DNA of 64,000 nt from an uncultured Chloroflexia bacterium (GTDB taxonomy: Bacteria; Chloroflexota; Limnocylindria; Limnocylindrales; CSP1-4), in NCBI GenBank assembly GCA_963715295.1, contig CAVQRP010000007.1, positions 37,330 through 101,329 on the forward strand, read 5' to 3'. The notes beneath the pieces were generated by a model. That model did no database searches. It had not been told where the DNA came from and saw only the letters and a list, made by a program, of their open reading frames with translations. Both the position numbers and the translations under genes were made by a program. This document shows, piece by piece, positions 39,016-48,678 of this stretch; the stretch's first letter is position 1; each line of letters starts with the position of its first letter.

Positions 39016-40564
39016 CTACGAGGCGGTCGCCTCGCTCCGGCGGTAGACGACCCCTTCGCCATCCTCGAACCGCAGCTCCCAGCCCGGGTCGGCCTCGATG
39101 AAGGGCCGCAACTGCTCGTCGGCCGCACTGATAGCGACAAGCGTCACCTCCCAGCGGTCGAGGATGTCGGTCCAGTCGGCCCGGCCCCCGATGACGTGCA
39201 GGTAGTCGCCCCAGATCTGGGCATCGAACAGCTCGATGCGCGTGTCCACCATGACCGGCACACCTGGTACCGCCAGCTCGAACCACGAGCCCCACTTCTG
39301 CTCGGCGAAGAGGCGGTCAGCCGGCGTGGCCTCAGCCAGGAGCGTCTCGGTCACACCGCGAGGCGCGTAGCGCACCACGTCCTCTGGCCCGTAGAGTGGA
39401 TGCATGGGCTTCCAGAAGGGCAGCACCGCCACGGCCAGCACGCCCGCCAGCAGGGCGATGGCCGTGTAGCCGACGCCACGCGGCCGATCGAGCCTCGCCT
39501 CGCCCAGGCGGTGACCACGCACGACCAGACCGTCCACGAGGATGGCCACGATGGGTGCCGCGCCGATGGCCCACCAGATCGAGTTGCGCACAGCCATCAG
39601 GCCGAGCAAGGCCAGCCCGGCCAGCCACAGCAGCTGCAGCCACGAGATGACGCGGCCGCGGATAGAGCAGCAACCCCAGCACGAGCGCCACCGAGACGAA
39701 GAAGAAGATCCCGGTGGGCGTCTGCAGCGTGGGCGCCTGCCACTCGGTGACGAGCTTGGCGATGAGCGGGTTGCTGGAGAGCTCCACGACGTAGGCCCAC
39801 ATGTCCAGGCCCCAGGGATGGACGAGCGTGGCCAGCACGCTCAGCACGCCCACGCTCAGGGTGATCGCGGCGAGGCGCGACCGAGCGACCAGATCCTCGA
39901 GGAAGGCCAAGCCGATGGCGGCCCAGCCGATGAAGAAGGAGCCGTGGGTGTTGCCCCAGGCGATCATGAGCAGCGGCAGGAGCCACAGCAGCAGCGGGTG
40001 CTTGCGCCGCCAGGCGAGGATCGCCATGAGCGCCGCGAAACAGAGCACGCCGAAGGTCTGCGACCGTAGCGCCAGGTTGGTGGCCGCCACCACGAAGCTG
40101 CCCAGCGTCACCAGCGAGGCGATGACCTGGCTGGTGCCGCTCGCTCGGCAGGCGGCGTAGACGAGCCCGAAGGTGAGCCCGATGAGCGCAGCGCGCAACA
40201 GGAGCAGCCCGGCCCAGCCACTGGCGTCGAAGACAGCAGCGAAGATGATGCTGGCGCCCCACTGCTGGTTGACCCAGGGCTCGCCCAGGACGGTGAAGGT
40301 GAACGGATCGCTCTCGACGATGCCGCCGGCTTCGAACATCAGCCGGCCGGCCTGGACCTGGTAGGCGATGTCGCCGGTGATGACGGGCGCGAGCATGGAG
40401 GCGACGGCGGGCAGACAGATCGCCAACAGCAGGAATAGCTGCCCGCGGCTGATGGCCCAACGCGACGATGGGGCCGGCGGAGAGGAGTCGGCGGGGTCGG
40501 TGGGGACCGGTCGCCGGGCGCGGGCAGACGTGTCCGGCATCTCGTGCTGAGCCATCGACGGCAC
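39016..40564 (-). pseudogene. Polytopic membrane protein (GT-C-type glycosyltransferase-like), one frameshift
   Basis: About 11 TM in 39650..40564 and a C-terminal soluble domain in 39016..39609 in a shifted frame. WGNTHGSFFIGW motif. Confidence 0.55.
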
Positions 40565-40657
40565 CGTACGACGTGACCAACCCTACCGGACCGGACCCGA
40601 AGGTACCGCCACGACCCTGACGAGCAGGGCCGCTGGGCATCGCCGGCCTCGCGGTCG

Positions 40658-40993
40658 CTAGCCGGCCGGGCGGAAGATCAGGCGCAAGACGAAGAGCGTG
40701 AACCAGGCGGCGACGCCCCAGAAGAGCATCGCCACCAGCACCACCGGCTCGAACTCCTCGGGCCCGCTGATGCTGCTGTCACCTACTTGCGCGAGGTCCT
40801 GCGCCAGGCCAGTGATCTCGAACCGCTCCGCGATGGCCTCGACCGGCAACAGCCACACATCGGTGATGTCCAGCAGCGTGGGCACGTACTCGAGGAGGCC
40901 CTCCGGCACCTCCACGAACGGCAGCACCAGTCGCATCACGAGTGTGATCTGGACGAAGGCGAAGAAGAGGCCGGCGAGGCGGATGACGAGCAC
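40658..40993 (-). CDS. YggT family membrane protein
   Basis: 111 aa with a two-TM YGGT topology. Confidence 0.65.
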   Translation of the reverse strand: MLVIRLAGLFFAFVQITLVMRLVLPFVEVPEGLLEYVPTLLDITDVWLLPVEAIAERFEITGLAQDLAQVGDSSISGPEEFEPVVLVAMLFWGVAAWFTLFVLRLIFRPAG

Positions 40994-41054
40994 GCGCCCA
41001 GTCTACGCACCGGGCTGGCCGGCGTTCGCGGCGCGGCCATCGTAGAGTCGACCG

Positions 41055-41579
41055 ATGCCGAGCTCCACCTCCACCATCGTGCTCGTGGGCATGATGGGCA
41101 GCGGCAAGACGTCGGTGGGACGGGCGCTCGCGGAACGCAGCGGCTGGCACTACCTGGACAATGACGAGCTGGTCCGCTCGGTCAGCGGGCGTGCCCCCGA
41201 GGTGATCGACGCGAACGAGGGTGCGGACGCGCTGCATCAAGCCGAAGCTGCTGCCCTGCGGCACGCTCTGGCGATGCCGCCACCGCTCATCGTCGGAGCC
41301 GCCGCCTGGGTCGTGATGGACCCCGCGTCGGCGGCGCTGCTGCGCGCGGCGCCGGCGGTGGTCTACCTGCGCGCGCGGCCGGAGACGCTGCGGGCACGCA
41401 TCGGGACCGGAGCGGGTCGGCGTGACGATGCCACCGACCTCGCCTGGCTACGCGCCCGTCACGGCGAGCGTGATGCCGCGTACCGGGCGCTTGCGGACCT
41501 GACCGTCGATACCGATGCCCTGGGGGCTGCGGCCGTCGCCGGGCGCATCCTGGAGGCATTGGAGCTCGGCAGCGGCTAG
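41055..41579 (+). CDS. aroK: Shikimate kinase
   Basis: P-loop VLVGMMGSGKTSVGRALA and an NMP-kinase fold, 174 aa. Confidence 0.85.
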   Translation: MPSSTSTIVLVGMMGSGKTSVGRALAERSGWHYLDNDELVRSVSGRAPEVIDANEGADALHQAEAAALRHALAMPPPLIVGAAAWVVMDPASAALLRAAPAVVYLRARPETLRARIGTGAGRRDDATDLAWLRARHGERDAAYRALADLTVDTDALGAAAVAGRILEALELGSG

Positions 41580-42776
41580 CCCGGCGGCGGGTCGGCGGCG
41601 CTCAGGCGCTCGCCCTGGCCGCTCGTCAGGAAGTCGGCCATCCGGTCCAGCGCCGTGGAAAGGTTGGCTTCCGAGTTCGCGTACGACACGCGTAGATGCC
41701 CGCTGGCGACGCGCCCGAAGGCAGTGCCAGCCAGGACGCAGACGCCGGCTTCGTCGAGCAATCGGGCAGCCAGCGTGGCGCCATCCATGCCTGTGCCGCT
41801 GACGTCGGGGAATGCGTAGAAGGCGCCGTGCGGCATCGGCGCGGTCACGCCGGGGAGCGCGTCGAGGCCCTCCACCATGAGCGCCCGCCGCGTGCGGAAC
41901 TCGGCCGCCATGGCATCGACCGGATCTTGTGGCCCGCTCAGCGCCTCGACACCAGCCAGCTGTGCGTAGGTGGCGGTGCAGGAGACGGTGTTGATGAGCA
42001 GGCGCTCGAAAGCCGCTACCAACGGAGCCGGCACGATGCCCCAGCCCAGGCGCCAGCCGGTCATGGCGTAGGCCTTGGAGAGGCCATCGAGAACGATGGT
42101 GCGCTCCGCCATGCCGTCGATGGCAAGGATGGAGTGGTGGTCGCTCTCATAGACGAGCCGCGAGTAGATCTCATCGCTCAGCACGACCAGGTCGTTGGCG
42201 ATGGCGACTGCGGCGATGCCCTCCAGGTCGTGCCGGGTGAGCACGGAGCCGGTGGGGTTCTGGGGGCTGTTGATGACCAGCAGTCGCGTGCGAGGCGTCA
42301 CCAGCGCGCGCAGCTCGTCGAGGTCAAGCCGGAAATCGTTGCACATCCGGAGCGGGATCGGGACCGGGGTGGCACCCAGGAAACGGGTCATCGACTCATA
42401 GATGGGGAACCCCGGATCGGGCACGATGACCTCGTCGCCGGGACCTGCGAGCGCCATCAGCGCGAACGCCACGACGGGCTTGGCGCCCGGCGTGACCACG
42501 ACACGATCAGGGCTGACCTCCACACCTCGTCGCCGGCTGAAGTCGGCGGCGATGGCTTCACGGAAGTCGGGCACGCCCAGTGGTGGCGCATAGTGCGTGT
42601 GGCCATCGGCCATGGCGCGGTGGGCGACCTCGACCACGTTGGGCGGCGTGCGGAAGTCGGGCTCCCCGATGTGCAGGCTGATGATGTCGCGGCCGGCAGC
42701 TGCCAGGACGCGAGCGCGGGCCCCCGCCTCGAACGCCGACTCGGTGCCGATGTCCTGCATGCGCCCGGCCAATCTC
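41576..42776 (-). CDS. Pyridoxal-phosphate-dependent aminotransferase (class I, aspartate aminotransferase-like)
   Basis: GEPDF, NSPQNPTG, SKAYAMTGWRLG (PLP lysine). Start MRLAGRMQDI at 42776. Confidence 0.85.
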
Positions 42777-42868
42777 ATGGCGCCGACTCTAGCGCCCGTG
42801 CGAGGTCGTGTCCGGCGCACACCGGCGCGTTCGCACGCCGTAGCCGTCGTGCATGCGAGAATCGGGAC

Positions 42869-43255
42869 GTGACCAGCTATTACGATCTCGCTGCCGCCAA
42901 CGGGCGGCTGGAAGACCTGCGCTCGATGCTGTCGGATCTGCGCGATGATCGCGATGCCATCGCCTCGGCCCAGCTGCGCATCGGGCAGTTGGTGGTCGAG
43001 GACGATCGCGCTGCTGTCGAACGCGAGCAGGAGCAGATGGCCCAGACCGTGCGACGGATGGAGCGGACGGTACGCCAGCTCGATGCCTGGGGCGTCGCCC
43101 TGCGGGACATCGCTACCGGCCTGGTCGACTTCCCTGCCCTCGCCTCCGGCCGGCCCATCTGGCTGTGCTGGCGACTGGGCGAGGATGACATCGCCTTCTG
43201 GCATGAGCTTGACGCCGGTATCGCCGGCCGCAAACCCCTGATCGAGTTGGAGTAG
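42869..43255 (+). CDS. DUF2203 family protein
   Basis: 128 aa, GTG start. Conserved C-terminal RPIWLCWRLGEDDIAFWHELDAGIAGRKPL. Only the 3' part of the long ORF 41696..43255 is used. Confidence 0.6.
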   Translation: MTSYYDLAAANGRLEDLRSMLSDLRDDRDAIASAQLRIGQLVVEDDRAAVEREQEQMAQTVRRMERTVRQLDAWGVALRDIATGLVDFPALASGRPIWLCWRLGEDDIAFWHELDAGIAGRKPLIELE

Positions 43256-43257
43256 CA

Positions 43258-43635
43258 ATGTCCTTCCTTCGCAGCCTGATGGGCGGCGGTGTCCCCGCCG
43301 TGACCGTGCAGCAAGCCGCCGAGATGCAAGGCACCGATGGCGTCGGCGCCCTGATCATCGACGTGCGCGAGCCCAACGAATACACGCAGATCCGCGCCAA
43401 GGGTGCCGTGCTGCTGCCGCTGGGCCGCCTCAACAGCTTCGTCAAGGAGCTGCCTCGCGACCGCGAGCTGCTGATGATGTGCCGTACCGGTGGCCGCAGC
43501 CAGAACGCGACCCAGTTCCTGCAGGCGCAGGGGTTCGAGAACGTGACCAACGTCAGCGGCGGCATCGTGGCCTGGCACGCCGCCGGCTTGCCCACCACCT
43601 CGGGCGATCCAGAGCCGGGCGAAGGCGCCTTCTAG
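43258..43635 (+). CDS. Rhodanese-like sulfurtransferase domain protein
   Basis: Active-site loop CRTGGRS. Start lies 2 nt after the DUF2203 stop. Confidence 0.85.
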   Translation: MSFLRSLMGGGVPAVTVQQAAEMQGTDGVGALIIDVREPNEYTQIRAKGAVLLPLGRLNSFVKELPRDRELLMMCRTGGRSQNATQFLQAQGFENVTNVSGGIVAWHAAGLPTTSGDPEPGEGAF

Positions 43636-43917
43636 GAGCGACCCACCGCCGTCGAGCCGGGCCGACTCCTGGAGCGGGGCGGCATCCTGCTTCGGCGTGG
43701 CCTCAGCGGGCGCGAGCCTCAGCTGCGCACGCTGATGGCCGATGACACCGCTGACCCAGCCTTCGCGATCTACCGTCGCGAACCGTAGAGGCAGCGGGAT
43801 GGTGCCACCGGCCAGCCCGTGGGCGAGGACGCAGGGGCTGTCGCCCGGCGCTGCGAAGAGGAGGAAAGGAGCCTGCAGGTCCGCTGAGCGACGGTCCGGG
43901 GCTCAGCGGGCGGATAG

Positions 43918-45411
43918 CTACGAGCGGTAGCGCTCCTCCGGTGGCATGGGCAGCCGGCCACGTGAGAGCTTCGACAGCACGCGCTTGCTCGACTCGGGCC
44001 GCGAGAGCGCGATGCCGATGATGATCAGGATGACGAAGTTGGTCATACCCACGCCCATGGCGTTGAGGTAGCCCAGCTGCTGGCCGACCTCACCCTGGAT
44101 CGCCAGTGCCGGGATGGTGGCGCCGGCGATCCCCAGCTGGAAGAAGGGCGGGCGCGGGGAGATGGCTGCGCGCAGCGACCCATCGGTGGGTCCATCGGGT
44201 GTCTCTCCGCCGAACACGAAGGCCTGTGACCCCACACCGGCGATCGGCGCGTCGGCGGTCGCGACCGGCAGGTCGGTCTGCTCGAGGCTCTGCCAGCCGT
44301 CGTAGTTGCCGGTGGTCGTGTCGGGCACGGCCCACAGGACCGACGTCTGCGGCAGACCCTCGGCATCGAAGCCACCGATGACATAGATGGCACCGTTGGC
44401 GTTGAAGACGCTAGCGTCGGTGAGCGCCTGCGGCAGAGCCTGGTCCGCGGGGGCGACGCCCCAACCGACCAGCTGCCCGGCTTCGTCGGTGGCCGGCTCG
44501 CCGTCGACCAGCTCCAGGCGGAAGACGGTGTCGGTGGCGCCATCGGGGCCCTCGCCGCCGACCACGTACATGAAGTCAGCGATGGACGAGGCCACCATGC
44601 CCGCGCGCGGCTCCGGCAGGGCCAGGCCTTCCAGCGGCGCCCATGGCTGCAGGGTGTCACCGGCTCCTTCGACCCAGGCGATGTAGGCGCCGTCGGTGGG
44701 CTCGCCGTTGACGTCCCGGCCACCCACCAGCACGAAGCCGCCGGTACCGAGGATGACCCCGGCGCCACTCAACGGCTGCGGCAAGGTCAGCTCTTCGGTG
44801 CGGTTCTCGCCGTCGGCAAGCACCCAGCCGGTGAGCACGCCTTCTTCGATGACGCCCTCGTAGACGGTGTCGGTCGGGGCACCGGCGCCATCGAGGCCGC
44901 CGATGAGGTAAGGGACGCCGGAGAACGTGGCCAGGGCGGCGTCCGTGCGCGGCGCCGGTAGTGCCGGTCCGCTGGTCCAGCCGGTCAGGTTCCCCTCCTC
45001 GGTCACATTCGTGACAAGGACTTCGTCGCTGGCGCTGCCATCCACGTCGCCGCCGATGACGTACACGGCGGTACCCGACTGGTACACCGCCGAGCCAGCG
45101 CGCGCTGAGGGCATCGCCAGCTGCGCCGGCGATGTCTGCCACGGCAGGGTGGCACCAGCAGGTGCGGGACAAGGCAGGTTTTCATTGTCGGCCGGGCACA
45201 GGTTGACGATCGAGGCGAAGTTGTAGCCCACCGAGATGGTGGTGCTGGTGGTGAAGTAGTAGGCCCAGTTGGGAACCACGCCGAGCATGAAGATGATGAT
45301 CAGGAACCAGAAGGCCGCCTTCAGCCCGGCCCAGGTCCAGCCATCGGCGTCGAACAACCCGAAGGCGGCGCGGCGGCGGGTGGCGCCCTGCGGGAGTGCT
45401 TGCTGTGCCAC
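43918..45411 (-). CDS. Kelch-repeat beta-propeller membrane protein (last gene of cytochrome bc operon)
   Basis: N-terminal TM, about 6 Kelch-like blades (YVIGG, YLIGG, FVLVGG, YVVGG, YVIGG, FVFGG) and a C-terminal TM. Confidence 0.7.
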   Translation of the reverse strand: MAQQALPQGATRRRAAFGLFDADGWTWAGLKAAFWFLIIIFMLGVVPNWAYYFTTSTTISVGYNFASIVNLCPADNENLPCPAPAGATLPWQTSPAQLAMPSARAGSAVYQSGTAVYVIGGDVDGSASDEVLVTNVTEEGNLTGWTSGPALPAPRTDAALATFSGVPYLIGGLDGAGAPTDTVYEGVIEEGVLTGWVLADGENRTEELTLPQPLSGAGVILGTGGFVLVGGRDVNGEPTDGAYIAWVEGAGDTLQPWAPLEGLALPEPRAGMVASSIADFMYVVGGEGPDGATDTVFRLELVDGEPATDEAGQLVGWGVAPADQALPQALTDASVFNANGAIYVIGGFDAEGLPQTSVLWAVPDTTTGNYDGWQSLEQTDLPVATADAPIAGVGSQAFVFGGETPDGPTDGSLRAAISPRPPFFQLGIAGATIPALAIQGEVGQQLGYLNAMGVGMTNFVILIIIGIALSRPESSKRVLSKLSRGRLPMPPEERYRS

Positions 45412-45426
45412 GTTCCTCTCCTGCCC

Positions 45427-46620
45427 CTAGCCCTGGATCACGATGTTGCCGTGCATGGTCGTGTAGTGACCCGGCACCGTGCAGGCGAACTGCAGGTTGG
45501 CGCCATCCTCCGGCACCGTCCAGGTGATGGTCTGCTCACCGCTCTGCCAGGTCGGGATGCCGTCGTCCGTCTCGGCATTGGGTGTGCTTAGTGCGTCCGC
45601 TGCTCCGATCCAGAAGTTGTGGTCGAAGCCAGCCACGTTGTCGACGACGAACTCGATGGTCTCGCCGGGCACCACGTCGATCTGTGGGACGACGGCGCCC
45701 GACTCATCGGTGAACTGCAGGTTGGACGTGGCCTGGAGGCGGATCACACGCGGCGCATCGGTGGACCCGCCATCGATGGCCACCGGCGTGGCAGCGGGGT
45801 CGACCGGTGGTGGCGTAGCGGCCGTGGCATCACCGCCGCCGCTGACACCACCGGGGTTCTTCCAGCAGTCAGGCACGGGCGTGTCCTCGGGGCCGGGCTG
45901 CCAGTTCGGATCACGCCAGCCAGCGACCTGCTCCGGCGGCGGGGCCTCTGCCGCCGCTTCGCCATGCGACGCCGGCGCGTGTTCGAAGATGATGTCGTTG
46001 CTCGCATTCAGCCAGACGATGAGCTCCTCGACCTGGCGATAGTTGAGCGGGCCGTTGGGCTGCAGCCAGGGCGCCATCAGGCTGTTGGGGTCGCCACACA
46101 CGTAGCGGCCGCCGACGGTGAGCACGTTCTCGAGGTAGCCGGGGTTGAGGTGACCCGTCCCGGAATCGCCCGCAGGCGTGAGCACGTTGTACAGCTTGGC
46201 CTGGTCGTTGAGTCGCGGGCCGATCCCACCCTGGCCTTCAGCGCCGTGGCAGGTGGCGCAGTTGGCGATGTAGAGCTCGTAGCCGCGCGCGACATCGGTG
46301 ACGTACTGGGCGTCGGCCTCCGCCGCCAGGCGGCCCTCGGTGCCGAGGGCCGGCACGCCGCTTTCGTAGAACCAGTAGACCGGGATGAAGAGCGCCACGA
46401 CCAGGATGGCCAGGAAGACCACGTTGCGAGCGTTGGCGCTTTGGCGAACGATCTGCGCGGAGCGCTCCTCGGTCAGCTCGACGCTGTGCGCGCGTGGCCC
46501 GGCGGAGAAGCGCTCGACGTCGCGGCTCTCACCCTCGACCGGGACCAGGGGCGATTCCGGCCGTCCGACCTCGTCAGACCCCCGGGGCGCGAGCTCCTTG
46601 CCGCCCTTGTCCTCGCTCAT
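45427..46620 (-). CDS. Membrane-anchored cytochrome c - cupredoxin (type-1 copper) fusion protein
   Basis: TM helix, CATCHG haem c motif, then a plastocyanin-like site HNFW ... CTVPGHYTTMHG (His, Cys, His, Met ligands). Confidence 0.8.
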   Translation of the reverse strand: MSEDKGGKELAPRGSDEVGRPESPLVPVEGESRDVERFSAGPRAHSVELTEERSAQIVRQSANARNVVFLAILVVALFIPVYWFYESGVPALGTEGRLAAEADAQYVTDVARGYELYIANCATCHGAEGQGGIGPRLNDQAKLYNVLTPAGDSGTGHLNPGYLENVLTVGGRYVCGDPNSLMAPWLQPNGPLNYRQVEELIVWLNASNDIIFEHAPASHGEAAAEAPPPEQVAGWRDPNWQPGPEDTPVPDCWKNPGGVSGGGDATAATPPPVDPAATPVAIDGGSTDAPRVIRLQATSNLQFTDESGAVVPQIDVVPGETIEFVVDNVAGFDHNFWIGAADALSTPNAETDDGIPTWQSGEQTITWTVPEDGANLQFACTVPGHYTTMHGNIVIQG

Positions 46621-47285
46621 ATGCAGCCCGTCGGCGACTTGGCCGGGATGAGACCAGGCTGGCCCAGCGCCACCGGCAGCGAGCCGAGCGAGATCGTGCT
46701 GGTATCGACGACGAGCTGACCATCCTGCACGCTATGCGGGAAGCGATCGAGACCGCGCGGCGCAGGGCCCAGCTCCTTGACCTTGGTGCCCAAGCGGTCG
46801 TAGCGCGAACCGTGGCAGGGGCATTCGAACCAGTAGTTCGACTCGCAGAAGTTGGGCTTGCAGCCCAGGTGTGGGCACTTCTGGTACATCGTCCACACGT
46901 TGGTGACGTCGCCCTTGCCGTCAGACGACTCACCGTTCAGGAAGCCCAGGTTGGGGTCCTGGAGGACGACGAAGGTGCGTGCGGCGGGGAAGTACGAGGG
47001 CGCACCGTCCTTGAGCGTGAGACCCGCGACCTCCGGGTTATCGGAGACGGTCTGGAAGTCGCCCAGGTTGATCTGGCCACCGAAGCCGCGGGCAAGGTTG
47101 GGCCAGAGGAAGCCCAGGGTGCCGGCACCGACCTCGAGCAGCCATAGCGCGACCGCCGCACCGATGGAGCGACGGATAAGCTGCCGACGCGTCAAGCCAC
47201 CGGTCCTGCCGCTGCGCATCTCACGCAGGACGGGCTCGGTCAGTGCTCCGGGCTCTTGCGAACGAGTCAGCTTCCAGTTGCCCAT
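46617..47285 (-). CDS. Rieske [2Fe-2S] subunit of cytochrome bc/b6f-type complex
   Basis: Tat motif RRQLIRRS plus CPHLGC...CPCHGS cluster boxes. Confidence 0.9.
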   Translation of the reverse strand: MGNWKLTRSQEPGALTEPVLREMRSGRTGGLTRRQLIRRSIGAAVALWLLEVGAGTLGFLWPNLARGFGGQINLGDFQTVSDNPEVAGLTLKDGAPSYFPAARTFVVLQDPNLGFLNGESSDGKGDVTNVWTMYQKCPHLGCKPNFCESNYWFECPCHGSRYDRLGTKVKELGPAPRGLDRFPHSVQDGQLVVDTSTISLGSLPVALGQPGLIPAKSPTGCI

Positions 47286-47292
47286 CGTGCCC

Positions 47293-47934
47293 CTACAGTG
47301 CGAAGAAGAAGCCCTCCCACGGCATCGTCCAGGCGTAGCCCGGGCCGCGGAAGAAGGCGCCCAAGAAGGTGATGGTCAGGCCAGCACCCATGATGATGGT
47401 GAAGAGCATCACGCTGGTCTTGCGGTCGGACGGACGAGGCGAGCCGCCGTCGCCCCGGGGGCCGCGATCGATGAACGGGATCAGTGCCGCACCCACGAGG
47501 ATGACCGTCGGGGCCAGTACGCCGGCGACGGTGGGGTGGAAGTAGGCCAGCAGCTCCTGCAGGCCCACGAAGTACCAGGGTGCCTTGGCCACGGCGGGAG
47601 TGACGTTGCCGTTGGCCAGCTCCTCCAGCGGCGCGTTGATGAAGATGCCCATGAGGATCAGGAAGATGCTCATCATGGCCGCGGCGAAGAACTCGATCGA
47701 GAGCAGGTGCGGCCACGTCATGACCGTATCGTCCGGTTCCTTCTGGACGCGGACGACGGCGTCCTGTTTGACCAGGGCCAGCAGCCGGTAGGGCTTGGCG
47801 GCCATGGGCACGCGCTGCTTGTCGATCTCCGTCGTGCGCCGCTCCGGCGGCGACGCAGGCAGCGTGCTCCGTCGCTCCGGCGTTGACGTCGGGGCTGAGG
47901 CGGGGACCTGGGGGTGCTTGGTCTCTTCGCTCAT
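47293..47934 (-). CDS. Cytochrome b C-terminal-domain subunit (subunit IV / PetD-like)
   Basis: Three TM helices and a PEWY-like region (APWYFVGLQELL). Confidence 0.8.
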   Translation of the reverse strand: MSEETKHPQVPASAPTSTPERRSTLPASPPERRTTEIDKQRVPMAAKPYRLLALVKQDAVVRVQKEPDDTVMTWPHLLSIEFFAAAMMSIFLILMGIFINAPLEELANGNVTPAVAKAPWYFVGLQELLAYFHPTVAGVLAPTVILVGAALIPFIDRGPRGDGGSPRPSDRKTSVMLFTIIMGAGLTITFLGAFFRGPGYAWTMPWEGFFFAL

Positions 47935-47949
47935 GGGTGCTCGTTCGGT

Positions 47950-48678
47950 CTACAGCGGACCGCTGATACCTCCGTCCTTGCGAATGCGCCAGAAGTGCAC
48001 GGCCAGGAACAGGGCCGCCACCAGCGGCATGAGGATCACGTGCAGGACGTAGAAGCGTAGGAGGGTGTTCTGACCCACCTCGATGCCACCCAGCAGCAGC
48101 AGCTGGCTGGGCGTGTTGAACAGCGGCGCGAAGGTGGCCATGTTGGTGCCGATGGTGATGGCCCAGAAGGCGATCTGGTCCCACGGCAGCAGGTAGCCGG
48201 TGAAGGAGAGGAAGACGGTCAGCAACAGCAGCACCACGCCGACCACCCAGTTGAACTCACGCGGTGGCTTGTAGGCGCCGTGGTAGAAGACACGCATCAT
48301 GTGCAGGAAGACGAAGAACACCATCAGGTGGGCGGCCCATCGGTGGATGTTGCGAGCCAGCAACCCGAAGGGAACCTCTGCCTGGATGCGCAGGATGTCC
48401 GAGTAGGCCTGGGTGGCCGAGGGCACATAGAAGAACATCAGGTAGACGCCCGTCACGGTCAGCACCAGGAAGAAGAAGAAGGAGAGCCCGCCCAGGCAGA
48501 AGGTATAGGCGAACTTGACCGCGTGCTGCCGCACTCGCACCGGGTGCAGGTGCAGGAACACGTTGTTCATCACGGCCATGGCGCGCGATCGCTCGTCGTT
48601 GGGGTAGGGCTGTCGGAAGATCGACCGGAACGCCGCGCTACGGCGGATCGACTGATCGACGCGCTCGAGGAAGCTCAA
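47950..48678 (-). CDS. Cytochrome b6-like subunit (N-terminal four-helix haem b domain, PetB/QcrB-like)
   Basis: Haem-ligand His pairs in helices B and D (HLHP...H and [16 protein letters not shown]). TTG start overlaps the upstream stop. Confidence 0.9.
   Translation of the reverse strand: MSFLERVDQSIRRSAAFRSIFRQPYPNDERSRAMAVMNNVFLHLHPVRVRQHAVKFAYTFCLGGLSFFFFLVLTVTGVYLMFFYVPSATQAYSDILRIQAEVPFGLLARNIHRWAAHLMVFFVFLHMMRVFYHGAYKPPREFNWVVGVVLLLLTVFLSFTGYLLPWDQIAFWAITIGTNMATFAPLFNTPSQLLLLGGIEVGQNTLLRFYVLHVILMPLVAALFLAVHFWRIRKDGGISGPL

Noticed and set aside
41696-42868. N-terminal about 390 aa of the 519-aa plus-strand ORF 41696..43255
   Set aside because: Antisense to the aminotransferase. Only the last 128 aa (DUF2203, GTG start at 42869) look like a protein.
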